A stretch of DNA of 64,000 bases from an uncultured Spirochaetota bacterium (GTDB lineage Bacteria; Spirochaetota; Spirochaetia; SZUA-6; Fen-1364), in contig CAWJSK010000012.1 in NCBI GenBank assembly GCA_963845535.1, forward strand, positions 384,001 through 448,000, written 5' to 3'. The notes under the pieces are model-generated. The model saw nothing but the letters and a program-made list of their open reading frames with translations. It did not search any database and was not told the origin of the DNA. Shown piece by piece: positions 1-9,264 of the stretch. Made by a program: the position numbers and the translations under genes. Numbering within the stretch: position 1 is the stretch's first letter; the number at the start of each line of letters is the position of its first letter.

Positions 1-136
1 CGACCATGACGCGGTCTGCTGCCGCTACTGCCGCAGGCATTACACCATCACGAGCCGCAAGGTGAGCGAAGATGAAAAGCGCTCCTGGATGGCGAGTCTG
101 CCGGCCGGCCTGGAGCCCGTTGCCTACCCGGACTGA
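1..136 (+). CDS. 3' end of a gene cut by the window edge; possibly a PyrI-like Zn-binding regulatory domain of aspartate carbamoyltransferase
   Basis: Frame 2 reads DHDAVCCRYCRRHYTITSRK...AYPD* (stop 134-136). CxYC resembles the PyrI C-terminal Zn ligands and it lies 5 bp before pyrC. Confidence 0.4.
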   Translation, partial: DHDAVCCRYCRRHYTITSRKVSEDEKRSWMASLPAGLEPVAYPD

Positions 137-141
137 CCCGC

Positions 142-1193
142 ATGATTGATCCTCACGTCCACCTGAGGGACTGGAACCAGAGCGCCAAAGAGACGCTCCG
201 CCACGGCCTCGGCGTGGCCTGGCAGGCAGGGCTGGACGGCGTCTTCGAAATGCCAAACACCGATCCTCCCCTTACGACGCGTGAGGCCATAAGGCGGAGG
301 ATTGCCGACGCGGACGCCGCGCTCGCGACGCTTGGCGTTCCGCTGTTCCACGGCCTGTACGCGGGACTCACGGCGGACCCCGCGCAGATCGCTCAGGCGG
401 TGGCGGCCTGGCGCGAGCTTTTCCCGCGCGTGGTAGGGTTGAAGATGTACGCGGGACATTCCACGGGGGAGATGGGGATCATCGAGCGGGAAGCGCAGGC
501 GGTGGTGTACGCCGAGCTCGTGAAGCTCGGATACACCGGAGTGCTGGCGGTGCACTGCGAAAAGCAGTCATTCCTGCGGCCGACGGACTGGGACCCGGCC
601 AGGCCTGCAAGCCACGCGCGGGCAAGGCCGCCCTCCGCGGAAGTGGCGTCGGTTGACGACCAGAGGGAGCTCGCCCTGGCGGCCGGGTTTGCCGGGACGC
701 TTCACGTGTCCCACATCTCAACCCCCTGGGCGCTCGACGTGCTGCGGGCAAAGCACGCGGGTGCGCCGCAGGCGCTTCGAGTCACCTGCGGCCTGACGCC
801 GCACCATGCGCTCCTGGACTCAGGCATGATGGAAGGTCCGGACGGCCTGCTCCTCCTTACGAACCCGCCGCTTCGGCCGCCACCCATGCCGTCTCTCATG
901 CTGGAGCGACTCTGTGACGGAGGCATCGACTGGATCGAGACGGACCACGCGCCGCATACGGCGCGAGGACAAGACGTCTGCGCTTCGCCTGCGGGCTGCC
1001 CGGGCTTCCCTACTATCCGCGGTTTGTCGCAGGCCTTGCCAAGGCCGGCGTCCCCGGGAAACGCATTGAAGAGGTCACGCATGACGCCATCTGCAGGGCG
1101 TTCGGGATCAGGATCGAGAACAGGCGCAGAACCGGGTCATCCGAGCTTGCCGGGGAGTACGAGTTCGATCCGTTTGCGAAGTTCAGCGGCTGA
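142..1193 (+). CDS. pyrC: Dihydroorotase (amidohydrolase), frameshifted near 965-1010
   Basis: Motifs DPHVHLRD, MPNT, VHCE, HIST, NPPLR, TDHAPH. A plausible C-terminus (GLPYYPRFV...FDPFAKFSG*) lies in another frame and stops at 1191-1193. Confidence 0.85.
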
Positions 1194-1875
1194 AAGTGCT
1201 GAAAGAGCCCGACTCCGGCTCAGCGGCGGACCGTCCATTTCGAAGCCATCCCAGCGCCGCAACGGTCGAGGGAAAGACCCTCTCCACTCCCGCCGGCAGC
1301 GACTCCAGGGCGCTCGCTGAGACAGCAAGCACGTGAGTCCCGGCCGCCACGGCGGCAGTCATCCCGTTGATGGAATCCTCGATTGCCGTGCAATCCTTCG
1401 GGTGTTTTCCCAACAGCTCGGCTGCCAGAAAGTAGCAGTCCGGCGCCGGCTTTGCCCTGGGAACGTCATCACAGGTGACCACCGCTTCGAAGCGAACGGG
1501 CAGCCGCAGCTTGCGGAGCACCAGGTGCGCTTCCCGCCGGCTCCCCGAGGTGGCCACGGCAATGGGCACTCTGGCCGTCCTCCATCGGGCAAGCTCCTCG
1601 GTGAGCCCGGGAAACGGCGCAAGCCCCTTTCGGGCGAGCCGGCGGAACCTCCTGCGTTTGCGCCGCAGCATGCCCTCCACCGACTGGCGGAGGTGAAAAG
1701 CGGTGATGAGCCCCCGGGCAATCTCCACGCTCGACATGCCGATCCACTTCTCGCGCGCCCCCGCAACGACCTCCGACGGGATGCCTTGCAGAACGACGTC
1801 CCACGCATGGTCGTGGAGAGGTTCGGTGTCGGCAAGCGTGCCGTCCAGATCGAGGATGAGCGCCTGAGGAAGCAT
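1183..1875 (-). CDS. HAD-family phosphatase (beta-phosphoglucomutase-like)
   Basis: DLDGTLADT motif I, ATSG, KPAPD, IEDS.NG. Confidence 0.9.
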   Translation of the reverse strand: MLPQALILDLDGTLADTEPLHDHAWDVVLQGIPSEVVAGAREKWIGMSSVEIARGLITAFHLRQSVEGMLRRKRRRFRRLARKGLAPFPGLTEELARWRTARVPIAVATSGSRREAHLVLRKLRLPVRFEAVVTCDDVPRAKPAPDCYFLAAELLGKHPKDCTAIEDSINGMTAAVAAGTHVLAVSASALESLPAGVERVFPSTVAALGWLRNGRSAAEPESGSFSTFSR

Positions 1876-1883
1876 GAGGGTTG

Positions 1884-2666
1884 TCAGCCGGCCACGATGA
1901 CTTCGATGCCGCTTTCCTCGAGACGCGCGCGGTCTTCGTCCCGCATGGAGTCGGTGACAATGGCGTCAATGCGGTCCGGAGGCGCGAAAAGGGCGAACGA
2001 GTTCCTGCCCATCTTGCTCGAGTCGAAGACGAGAATCACTTTTGCCGCGATGGACATCATGACTTTCTTTGTTTCGGCGTGATTGATGTCCGGCGTGCTG
2101 GCCCCTTTCTCCACCGAGAAGCTGTTCGAAGCCATGAAAGCCTTGTCCACGGTGAGGCCGGCAAACAAGTCGCGGCTGGAAAGGCCCCCCACCACGGTGC
2201 AGTGGAACTTCTTCCGCAGCATGCCGCCCATGAACACGATCTTGACCGTGTCGATGTCCTCCAGGACAAGGGCAATGGGAAGATCATTGGTGACCACGGT
2301 GATGTCCTGACGCTGGCCCAGGAGCCGGGCAATCTCCAGCGTGGTGGTGCCAGTGTCCAGGATGATGGTGTCCCCGTCCTCCACGAGGTGAAGGGCCGCT
2401 TCCGCGATGGCCCGCTTCTCCGCAAGGTGCTGCACCTTGCGCTGGTTCATGTCCTGCTCGAGGCCGGTCTTGGTCTTGACCATGGCCCCGCCGTGGGTCC
2501 TGATGAGAAGGCTGGCGCCCTCGAGGTCCCGAAGGTCGTTCCTGATGGTGGCGCTGGAGACTCTGAACGCATCACACAGCTCGGCAACGGTCGCCTTGCG
2601 GTGCTCTTCGATGAACTCCAGGATCTTCAGTTTTCTCTCTTCGACGAACATCGTTCCTTCGGGCAT
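1884..2666 (-). CDS. DeoR/GlpR-family transcriptional regulator
   Basis: HTH VSSATIRNDL, RTHGGA, ILDTGTTT, DSSK sensor domain. Confidence 0.95.
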   Translation of the reverse strand: MPEGTMFVEERKLKILEFIEEHRKATVAELCDAFRVSSATIRNDLRDLEGASLLIRTHGGAMVKTKTGLEQDMNQRKVQHLAEKRAIAEAALHLVEDGDTIILDTGTTTLEIARLLGQRQDITVVTNDLPIALVLEDIDTVKIVFMGGMLRKKFHCTVVGGLSSRDLFAGLTVDKAFMASNSFSVEKGASTPDINHAETKKVMMSIAAKVILVFDSSKMGRNSFALFAPPDRIDAIVTDSMRDEDRARLEESGIEVIVAG

Positions 2667-2752
2667 GGGGTCATTGGATCATGAGTCGCGGCCCGTGACA
2701 AGCGCGGGCATGCTCCCCGGCGGGCTTTCCTTGCCCTCGCGTCCTTTCCCCT

Positions 2753-3715
2753 CTACTCCTGGCCCTTCTCCTTTGCCGCAAGGCGGCACAACTCCTCGAA
2801 CACGGGGCCGTGGAAAGGGATGGGGCGATGGAATACCTCCGCGATGACGGAGAGCCAGCCATAGATGAAGTAGAGCCATCCCCCCCCGACTGTGAGGGAC
2901 CGCATCGCCGCCTGCTCCTTGGCCTGGCGAAGGAACAGCAGGTCGCCCCGATAGTTGAAGTCCCAGGCGTATCCGCCCATGGGAAAGCGCGCCGCGTCTG
3001 TAATGGGAGACCCCGGGGCATCCTTGCCAAGCCCTGTGGCGTTGACAACGAGAGAGCCCGTGGGAAGACCGGCGAGCACCGCGTCGTTGTCCTGCGGCCG
3101 CGGCGTATGCACGTAGCTCACCGGCAGGTCGACGCGTTCCTTCTCATGGATCTCCCTCATTTCGGAGAGGCGCGCCGGGCTGCGGTTGGAGACGAAGATT
3201 TTCGAAGGGCGGTTGCCGCCGTGGTCCCGACGCAGCAGGTAAGAGCACAGGGCGACGCTGGAGCCGCCCGCTCCCATGATGAACGCCTGCGCGCGGGTGG
3301 TCTCCCAGTGCCGCGCCGGGAGGAACTGCTCCAGCGCCAGCCCGCTGGAGATAGGGTCCTTGGCCGCGCCCAGGAGGCGCCCGTCCTGCTTGGAGATCGA
3401 ACTGACCTCCCCCATGAGGGAAGCGAAATGATCAAGCTCATCGAACATGTCCCGGGCCGCTCGAAGCAGGTCTATCTTGTGCGTCGTGACAAGAGCTCCC
3501 AGGGAACCAGGATCATCCTTGATGAACTTGACGACCTTACGGTAGCGTCCAGGCTCGTCGTGCAGCTTCAAGTCGATGCCCTTGATGCTGCAATCTCCAA
3601 GCTCCAGGTACTTGGCCCACGCCGGGAAGACCCTCATGATCATGGATTTCGTCGTCGTCACCCCAACGAAATACATGGTGGGCCTCTGTGCAGATTCGAG
3701 ATGAAGATCACTCAT
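2753..3715 (-). CDS. Shikimate-dehydrogenase-like NAD(P) oxidoreductase
   Basis: GAGG nucleotide-binding motif, SNRS, VVNATGLG, WDFNYRG. ALVTTHK replaces the usual AroE-type motif. Confidence 0.75.
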   Translation of the reverse strand: MSDLHLESAQRPTMYFVGVTTTKSMIMRVFPAWAKYLELGDCSIKGIDLKLHDEPGRYRKVVKFIKDDPGSLGALVTTHKIDLLRAARDMFDELDHFASLMGEVSSISKQDGRLLGAAKDPISSGLALEQFLPARHWETTRAQAFIMGAGGSSVALCSYLLRRDHGGNRPSKIFVSNRSPARLSEMREIHEKERVDLPVSYVHTPRPQDNDAVLAGLPTGSLVVNATGLGKDAPGSPITDAARFPMGGYAWDFNYRGDLLFLRQAKEQAAMRSLTVGGGWLYFIYGWLSVIAEVFHRPIPFHGPVFEELCRLAAKEKGQE

Positions 3716-3815
3716 TTATTATTCCGTTTTCTCATTTTTAGCTTTTCCTGTCAATTGATAATTGTTTTATCGGCGTTCTCTAACAAATGCTAACAATTGC
3801 ATAAACTTGCCATGA
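3716..3815 (-). promoter_or_regulatory. AT-rich promoter/operator region upstream of the SDH-like/DeoR/HAD genes
   Basis: Strongly AT-rich intergenic tract with short palindromes (TCAATTGA, CAATTG) in a GC-rich genome. Confidence 0.5.
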
Positions 3816-3824
3816 ACCGAGCGC

Positions 3825-5282
3825 TCAGGCTTCCCATCCGCCAAGAAGGCCCAAGAGGCTTTCCTGCCTTTCCGCCGCAACCCGAAGCGCTTCACGGCGG
3901 TCTTCCCGCGGCTGGATCACCTCTCCCAGGAGCGCGGGGACCGACTCAACGGCGGGGATCCTGCCAAGGGCTTCCAGGGCAAGGAGCGCGGCGCCGCGGC
4001 TGGAGGCTTCAGGGACTCGGGACAAGGTGAGCGGGCGCTCCAGGATGTCGGCTATGATCTGGGTCCACGCGCGGGAGTGCAAGAGCGCGCCGCCGGTGGC
4101 CACCGTCTGGCTCGCCGGCCCGACGGCTCCATCCAGCAGGCGCTGGATTGCGGCGAACCGAAATGCAACCGCCTCCATCCCTGCCTGCAGGATGTCCAGC
4201 GGCGTTGTCTCCAGGCTCATTCCAATCACCGCGGCGCGGGCTCGGGGGTTCCAACCCACGCTCCTTTCTCCCGCGAAGAAAGGCAACACCGTGAGGCCGT
4301 GCGAGGCCGGGGCTCGCTCCCAAAGCTCGGCGTCCATGCGGCCGAGGTCCTCGTCAAGGCGAAGCGTCTGACGCATCCACTCATGCAAGTTGCCGCCGTT
4401 TCCAAGCGCTCCGCCTATGATGAAACGGTTCTTGTCCACGTGGTAGCGCCACAGCCCGCGGGGCAGTGCGGGCTTGACCCCGGCCGGAAGCGGCGCCCTC
4501 ATGGCGCCCGAGGTCCCGATCATGAGCGCCGCGCGCCCGGGCGCAGCGCACCCGCATCCGACGTTGCTGCATGCCCCATCCCCCACCGCGGGAAACCACG
4601 GGATGCCGTCCAACGCAGGCCACCGGGTGCGAAAAGGCGGAGAGAGATGGGAAAGAGGAGCATCATCAATGGGAGACAACTTCCGGGCATTCACTCCAAC
4701 GTGCTCCAGGAGCTCAGCGTCCCAGCGGCAGAGATCCTGATCGAAAAGCCCCGTGCCGGACGCCATTGAGACGCCACATTTCCTGACGCCGAAAAGCTTC
4801 TGCTGGCAATACTCACCGATGGAGCACCACCAGTCCGCCGCGTCGAACAGGTCCGTCTCCAGCTCACGGAGCCGAAGGAGCCGCGCGGGGAAATAGCTGG
4901 GATGGAAGACGCAGCCCGTTCGGCCTCGAGTGCGGTCCTCATCCAGCCGAGCGGCAAGGCTGCGGGCTTGGCGCGCCGCCCGCGTGTCCGCCCACGTCGT
5001 GAGCGGCCCCAGGGCCCGTCCGTCCACTCCGACGGGCACCATGCTGTGCCAGAACGTGGACATGGCCACCGCATCGATCTTCCCGACCGCCTTCGCCACC
5101 GCCTCGTCCACACACTGGACCATGAGCTCCAAGAGGTGATCCGCGTCTGCTTCGCTTCCGCCGTCCGCTGTCGTGCGAAGCGCATGCTCGCGGGCAGCGG
5201 CCTGGCCCGGTATCACTGAGCCGTCGTCTGCAAAAAGTGCGGCGCGGATGGATGAGCTTCCCAAATCCAGGGACAGGACCAT
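3825..5282 (-). CDS. FGGY-family carbohydrate kinase (gluconokinase-like)
   Basis: LDLGSSS, TWADTR, ASGTG, GDGACSNVG, IGTSGA, GERS, GGA. Confidence 0.85.
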   Translation of the reverse strand: MVLSLDLGSSSIRAALFADDGSVIPGQAAAREHALRTTADGGSEADADHLLELMVQCVDEAVAKAVGKIDAVAMSTFWHSMVPVGVDGRALGPLTTWADTRAARQARSLAARLDEDRTRGRTGCVFHPSYFPARLLRLRELETDLFDAADWWCSIGEYCQQKLFGVRKCGVSMASGTGLFDQDLCRWDAELLEHVGVNARKLSPIDDAPLSHLSPPFRTRWPALDGIPWFPAVGDGACSNVGCGCAAPGRAALMIGTSGAMRAPLPAGVKPALPRGLWRYHVDKNRFIIGGALGNGGNLHEWMRQTLRLDEDLGRMDAELWERAPASHGLTVLPFFAGERSVGWNPRARAAVIGMSLETTPLDILQAGMEAVAFRFAAIQRLLDGAVGPASQTVATGGALLHSRAWTQIIADILERPLTLSRVPEASSRGAALLALEALGRIPAVESVPALLGEVIQPREDRREALRVAAERQESLLGLLGGWEA

Positions 5283-5431
5283 GACACCTCCGAGATTGCC
5301 GTGAGTCTATCACGCGTCGGCTGCGTCCGTTCAAGAGACGCGCCTTCAAGAGCGCGCTCTCCAGACACGCGTCCTTCGCACCGCGCCGTCCTCCGCACCG
5401 CGCCCTCCGGGGGCACGCGCCCTCCGGGCTC

Positions 5432-5460
5432 TTGACCCCCATGGCAGGCAACACTATCCT
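5432..5460 (+). promoter_or_regulatory. Sigma70-like promoter of the XPB operon
   Basis: TTGACC-N17-TATCCT, 15 bp before ATG 5476. Confidence 0.55.
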
Positions 5461-5475
5461 TGTCGGGCTTCTGTC

Positions 5476-7260
5476 ATGACCGAAAAAACAACAATGCCAA
5501 CCGCCAACGACAAACCGCTCATCGTCCAGGGTGACAGGACCATCCTCATGGAAGTGGCGAGCCCCCGATATGCCGAGGCGCGTGACGCGCTGGTGGGCTT
5601 CGCTGAGCTGGTGAAGTCTCCGGAGCACGTGCACACGTACCGCATCACGCCGCTTTCCATCTGGAACGCCTGCGCCGCAGGGGAATCCCCATCTCAGATC
5701 GTGGACGCGCTCCGTTCGCTGTCGCGCTACCCTGTCCCAGATCACATCGTAACGGAGATCACGGACCTCGCGGGCCGGTTCGGAAGCATCACGCTGAAGC
5801 TGGGTCCCGGCGGCCTGGAGCTGCACTGCCGTGACGTGGGCCTGGCCACCCTCATAGCAGCGGACCGGCACACGGGCGTTCTGCTCGGGGACCGTCTTTC
5901 CCCTACGTCCTTTGCGCTGCCTCCCCAGTGCCGCGGACAGGTCAAGCTCGCCCTGATCAGGCTCGGATATCCGGTGGAAGACAGGGCCGGGTACTCGCAC
6001 GGGGAAAACTTCCCTATTGCGTTACGAGCCACAACGCTCGGCAAGGGCTCGCCATTTTCCGCCCGCCCCTACCAGCGGGAAGCCGCGGAAGCCTTCCACG
6101 CAGGAGGCTCGGAGCAGGGCGGTTCAGGAGTCATCGTTTTGCCGTGCGGGGCCGGAAAGACCATCGTCGGGATGCTGTGCATGAGCCTCCTGCAAACCTC
6201 CACCCTCGTCCTGACCACATGCGTCACCGCGGTCCGCCAGTGGATAGCGGAGCTTACCGACAAGACCGACATCGACCCTGAGCTGATCGGGGAATACACG
6301 GGCATGAAGAAAGAAGTGCGCCCCATCACAGTGGCCACCTACCAGATGCTCACCCACCGTGAGAGCGCCAAGTCCCGCGCAGCGCGCGTCCAGGCCTCGG
6401 ACGGCGTGGACATATCGCCTGAATCCCCCGAAGACTCCTTTCCCCACCTTGCCCTTTTTGGCCAGCGGGATTGGGGCCTTATCGTCTATGATGAAGTCCA
6501 CCTCCTGCCGGCCCCCGTGTTCCAGATCACAGCGTCCCTGCAAGCCCGGCGCAGGCTGGGGCTCACCGCCACGCTCGTGCGGGAGGACGGCAAGGAAGAT
6601 GACGTGTTCGCCTTGATCGGCCCGAAGAAGTACGACGTCCCGTGGAAGGAGATGGAGAAGCAGGGATGGATTGCCAAAGCGATCTGCACGGAGGTCCGCA
6701 TTCCGCTGCCCGAGCAGATGCGGATGAGCTATTCCCTGGCTGACGCGCGCACGAAGTTCCGCATGGCCTCCGAGAATCCCGCCAAGATCGACCATGTGCA
6801 GGCCATCCTTGCCGCCCATCCCGAGGAGCCGGCGCTCGTGATCGGGATGTACCTGGACCAGCTTGCCGCCGTGGCTGGGCCGTTGGGCCTGCCCGTCATC
6901 ACGGGGTCCACGCCGCAACGGGTCCGTGACAGGCTGTATGCGGACTTCAAGTCCGGGAAAATCCGGGTCCTGGCGGTTTCCAAAGTCGCGAACTTTGCCG
7001 TGGACCTTCCCGAAGCGAGCCTCGCCATCCAGGTGTCAGGCACCTTCGGCTCGCGCCAGGAGGAAGCGCAGCGTCTGGGCAGGATCCTCCGTCCGAAGGA
7101 GCTGTCCAACCAGGCCTACTTCTACTCGCTGGTCACCCGGGACACGGTGGAGCAGGACTTCGCGCTCAAACGTCAGCTCTTTCTTTGCGAACAAGGCTAC
7201 GGCTACCAGATCCGCATGGCTGACAGCCGGGGGCAGGCGGCCGGGAACATCCCCGCATGA
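5476..7260 (+). CDS. XPB/Rad25-like SF2 DNA repair helicase
   Basis: N-terminal LIVQGDRTIL...ELVKSPEHVHTYRITPLSIWNA, LPCGAGKT, DEVH, GLTAT, QRLGRILR. Confidence 0.95.
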   Translation: MTEKTTMPTANDKPLIVQGDRTILMEVASPRYAEARDALVGFAELVKSPEHVHTYRITPLSIWNACAAGESPSQIVDALRSLSRYPVPDHIVTEITDLAGRFGSITLKLGPGGLELHCRDVGLATLIAADRHTGVLLGDRLSPTSFALPPQCRGQVKLALIRLGYPVEDRAGYSHGENFPIALRATTLGKGSPFSARPYQREAAEAFHAGGSEQGGSGVIVLPCGAGKTIVGMLCMSLLQTSTLVLTTCVTAVRQWIAELTDKTDIDPELIGEYTGMKKEVRPITVATYQMLTHRESAKSRAARVQASDGVDISPESPEDSFPHLALFGQRDWGLIVYDEVHLLPAPVFQITASLQARRRLGLTATLVREDGKEDDVFALIGPKKYDVPWKEMEKQGWIAKAICTEVRIPLPEQMRMSYSLADARTKFRMASENPAKIDHVQAILAAHPEEPALVIGMYLDQLAAVAGPLGLPVITGSTPQRVRDRLYADFKSGKIRVLAVSKVANFAVDLPEASLAIQVSGTFGSRQEEAQRLGRILRPKELSNQAYFYSLVTRDTVEQDFALKRQLFLCEQGYGYQIRMADSRGQAAGNIPA

Positions 7261-9185
7261 GGCTTTTTCCTCCTGACTGGCCCACGTTCCTCGACGCGCT
7301 CGCCCTGTGGGGTGAGCTGTCCATCTCCGCGCGCAGGACTTTTCTCGACGGGCTCCGGCCAGGGCTCCCGCTGGCGGCGTCTCCGGGCGGCCTGGCCACG
7401 GAAGAGCTGAAGGTCGCCGGCCTGCTGGAAGAAGCGGAGAACCCGGGCTACCTCACGGTGGCTGAGCAGCATGAAGGGTTCCACCACGTCATGAAGGCGC
7501 TGGAGAAAAGTCCCCTGTTCGAAGGGGCCGGACTGGCGGCCCTCTGCTCGTACCTCGGAGATCACTACACCTCGCGCGAAAGGTCCCTGCTGCACGAGTC
7601 CCTTGCCCTGCTTCCCAACGACCTTCCCCGGGTCGCCGGCCTTGTGTCCTCGGTGGAATGGCTGGAAGCAGCCCTGCCCCAGAATGGCGCGTCGGGCACC
7701 GCGGCCGGCACCGCGGCCGGGCTTGCGGAGGCGCGGACCATGCTTCGATTTTTCCGGGAGCAGCGGGACCGAGTGGCGCTCAGGGACCTGGAGGACTACT
7801 TCCCCACGATGGGGAGGGAGGACCTTTGCGCCGGCATCCGCATTGGAGTCCAGCGGGCGGTGTTCTTCCTTGGCCTTCGGCGCTCGGACCTGGAGCCCCT
7901 TGTGGGGATCTGGCCTGCCGCGGCGCGCAGGCTTCGACGGATGGCGGTCGTCCTTGCACCGGAACCGGTGAAGGCTGCCCGAACGTTCCGTCACCCCTAC
8001 CTCATCGACGACATGACCACCCTGCTCCTCGCGGCGCGGGTGGAGCCCATCCCCCTCCGCCGAGGCGACGAGAAGCCGTTCATCCGTTTTGTGGAGGACG
8101 TGTCTCCGGCGCTGCTCAGCGTCCCGGAGTGGCTGGAAGGATTCACAGGCCTTCCCCCGGACGGAAGGATTTCCCTGGCGCTCCAGGCGCTGCGCTTGAC
8201 CGGCCTCGTGGTTCCCGACGGTTCGCCCAGCACCGGCGCTCACAGGCAGGGCCGCCGCGGTCAGCGAGGGGCCACCGCTGCCCCCGGGTCGCGCCATCCC
8301 CGCGCCCCCGGGGGGACGGCATGGCGGGAGCCTGCCCTGGTGCCGGCGCCGTGGAGCGTCGCGTGGATGAGCCAGGACCTGCCGGAGAGGCGCGAAAGGG
8401 TCGTCGGCATGCTCGCCATTGGCGCGGGCGGACCGTCGGGCCTCTTCGACCTGCTCGAGGAGGACTGGACGTCCTCAGAGGGCGCGCGGGAGGAAATACT
8501 GCCGTGGCTCGTGCAGGCTTTCTCCTCGGTCCCCACCGCCTCCTTCATCCGCTTCGCGGATTTCGCGGAATACCAGGCCGCGATGGGGAGCCCGCTCGGG
8601 GCGGTCCAACCTTCGGCCGCCGCGGGAACAGGCGCAAGCAGCGCGGCAACCGACCCCGTCGGCCTCGGCGCCGCGGCAACCGAGGAAGCCCTCGAGGAGC
8701 TGTGGAAATCCTTCCTGGGGATATTCATAGGTCGATGCCTGCTGTCCCTGGACGGCGTCGAAGCCGGGATCACCGATGACGGGGCCCCCTGCTTTCGCCT
8801 CACGCACACCGGCCGAAGGATCCTCGGGCTTCCCGGCGACGGCCATGAGGAACGGGAAGGGTCGGATGCTTCCGGGGCAGCCATCATCGTGCAGCCCAAC
8901 TTCGAGATCGTTTTTCTCGTCCCTTCTCCGGCGGCAGAGGCGCTCTTGGGGCGTTTCTGCGAGCGGTTGGGAAGAGAGGTCGGGGTGCTCTTTCGGATCA
9001 CCAAGCAGTCAGTCCGCCGCGGAGCCGAGGCAGGGCTCGGGCTCGACCAGGTGATGGGCCCGCTCACTCAGTATTCCCGCAGCGAGCTTCCGCCGAACGT
9101 CAGACAGGAAGTCCAGGGCTGGTTCACGGCCAGGGACGCCGGCGGCTACGGACCCGGCGGCTACACCGGCGGCTACGGACCTTGA
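7257..9185 (+). CDS. Helicase-associated domain protein (C-terminal Helicase_C_3-like), XPB partner
   Basis: ATGA overlap with XPB. C-terminal IIVQPNFEIV...FRITKQSVRRGAEAG...ELPPNV. Confidence 0.75.
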   Translation: MRLFPPDWPTFLDALALWGELSISARRTFLDGLRPGLPLAASPGGLATEELKVAGLLEEAENPGYLTVAEQHEGFHHVMKALEKSPLFEGAGLAALCSYLGDHYTSRERSLLHESLALLPNDLPRVAGLVSSVEWLEAALPQNGASGTAAGTAAGLAEARTMLRFFREQRDRVALRDLEDYFPTMGREDLCAGIRIGVQRAVFFLGLRRSDLEPLVGIWPAAARRLRRMAVVLAPEPVKAARTFRHPYLIDDMTTLLLAARVEPIPLRRGDEKPFIRFVEDVSPALLSVPEWLEGFTGLPPDGRISLALQALRLTGLVVPDGSPSTGAHRQGRRGQRGATAAPGSRHPRAPGGTAWREPALVPAPWSVAWMSQDLPERRERVVGMLAIGAGGPSGLFDLLEEDWTSSEGAREEILPWLVQAFSSVPTASFIRFADFAEYQAAMGSPLGAVQPSAAAGTGASSAATDPVGLGAAATEEALEELWKSFLGIFIGRCLLSLDGVEAGITDDGAPCFRLTHTGRRILGLPGDGHEEREGSDASGAAIIVQPNFEIVFLVPSPAAEALLGRFCERLGREVGVLFRITKQSVRRGAEAGLGLDQVMGPLTQYSRSELPPNVRQEVQGWFTARDAGGYGPGGYTGGYGP

Positions 9186-9264
9186 CAGCGCGCCGCATGC
9201 CACGTAGCGTGATGCGGGGAGTGTTCGCGCCCCTCCCGGGAAAGCGGCTGCCCGGAGTGAAGTC

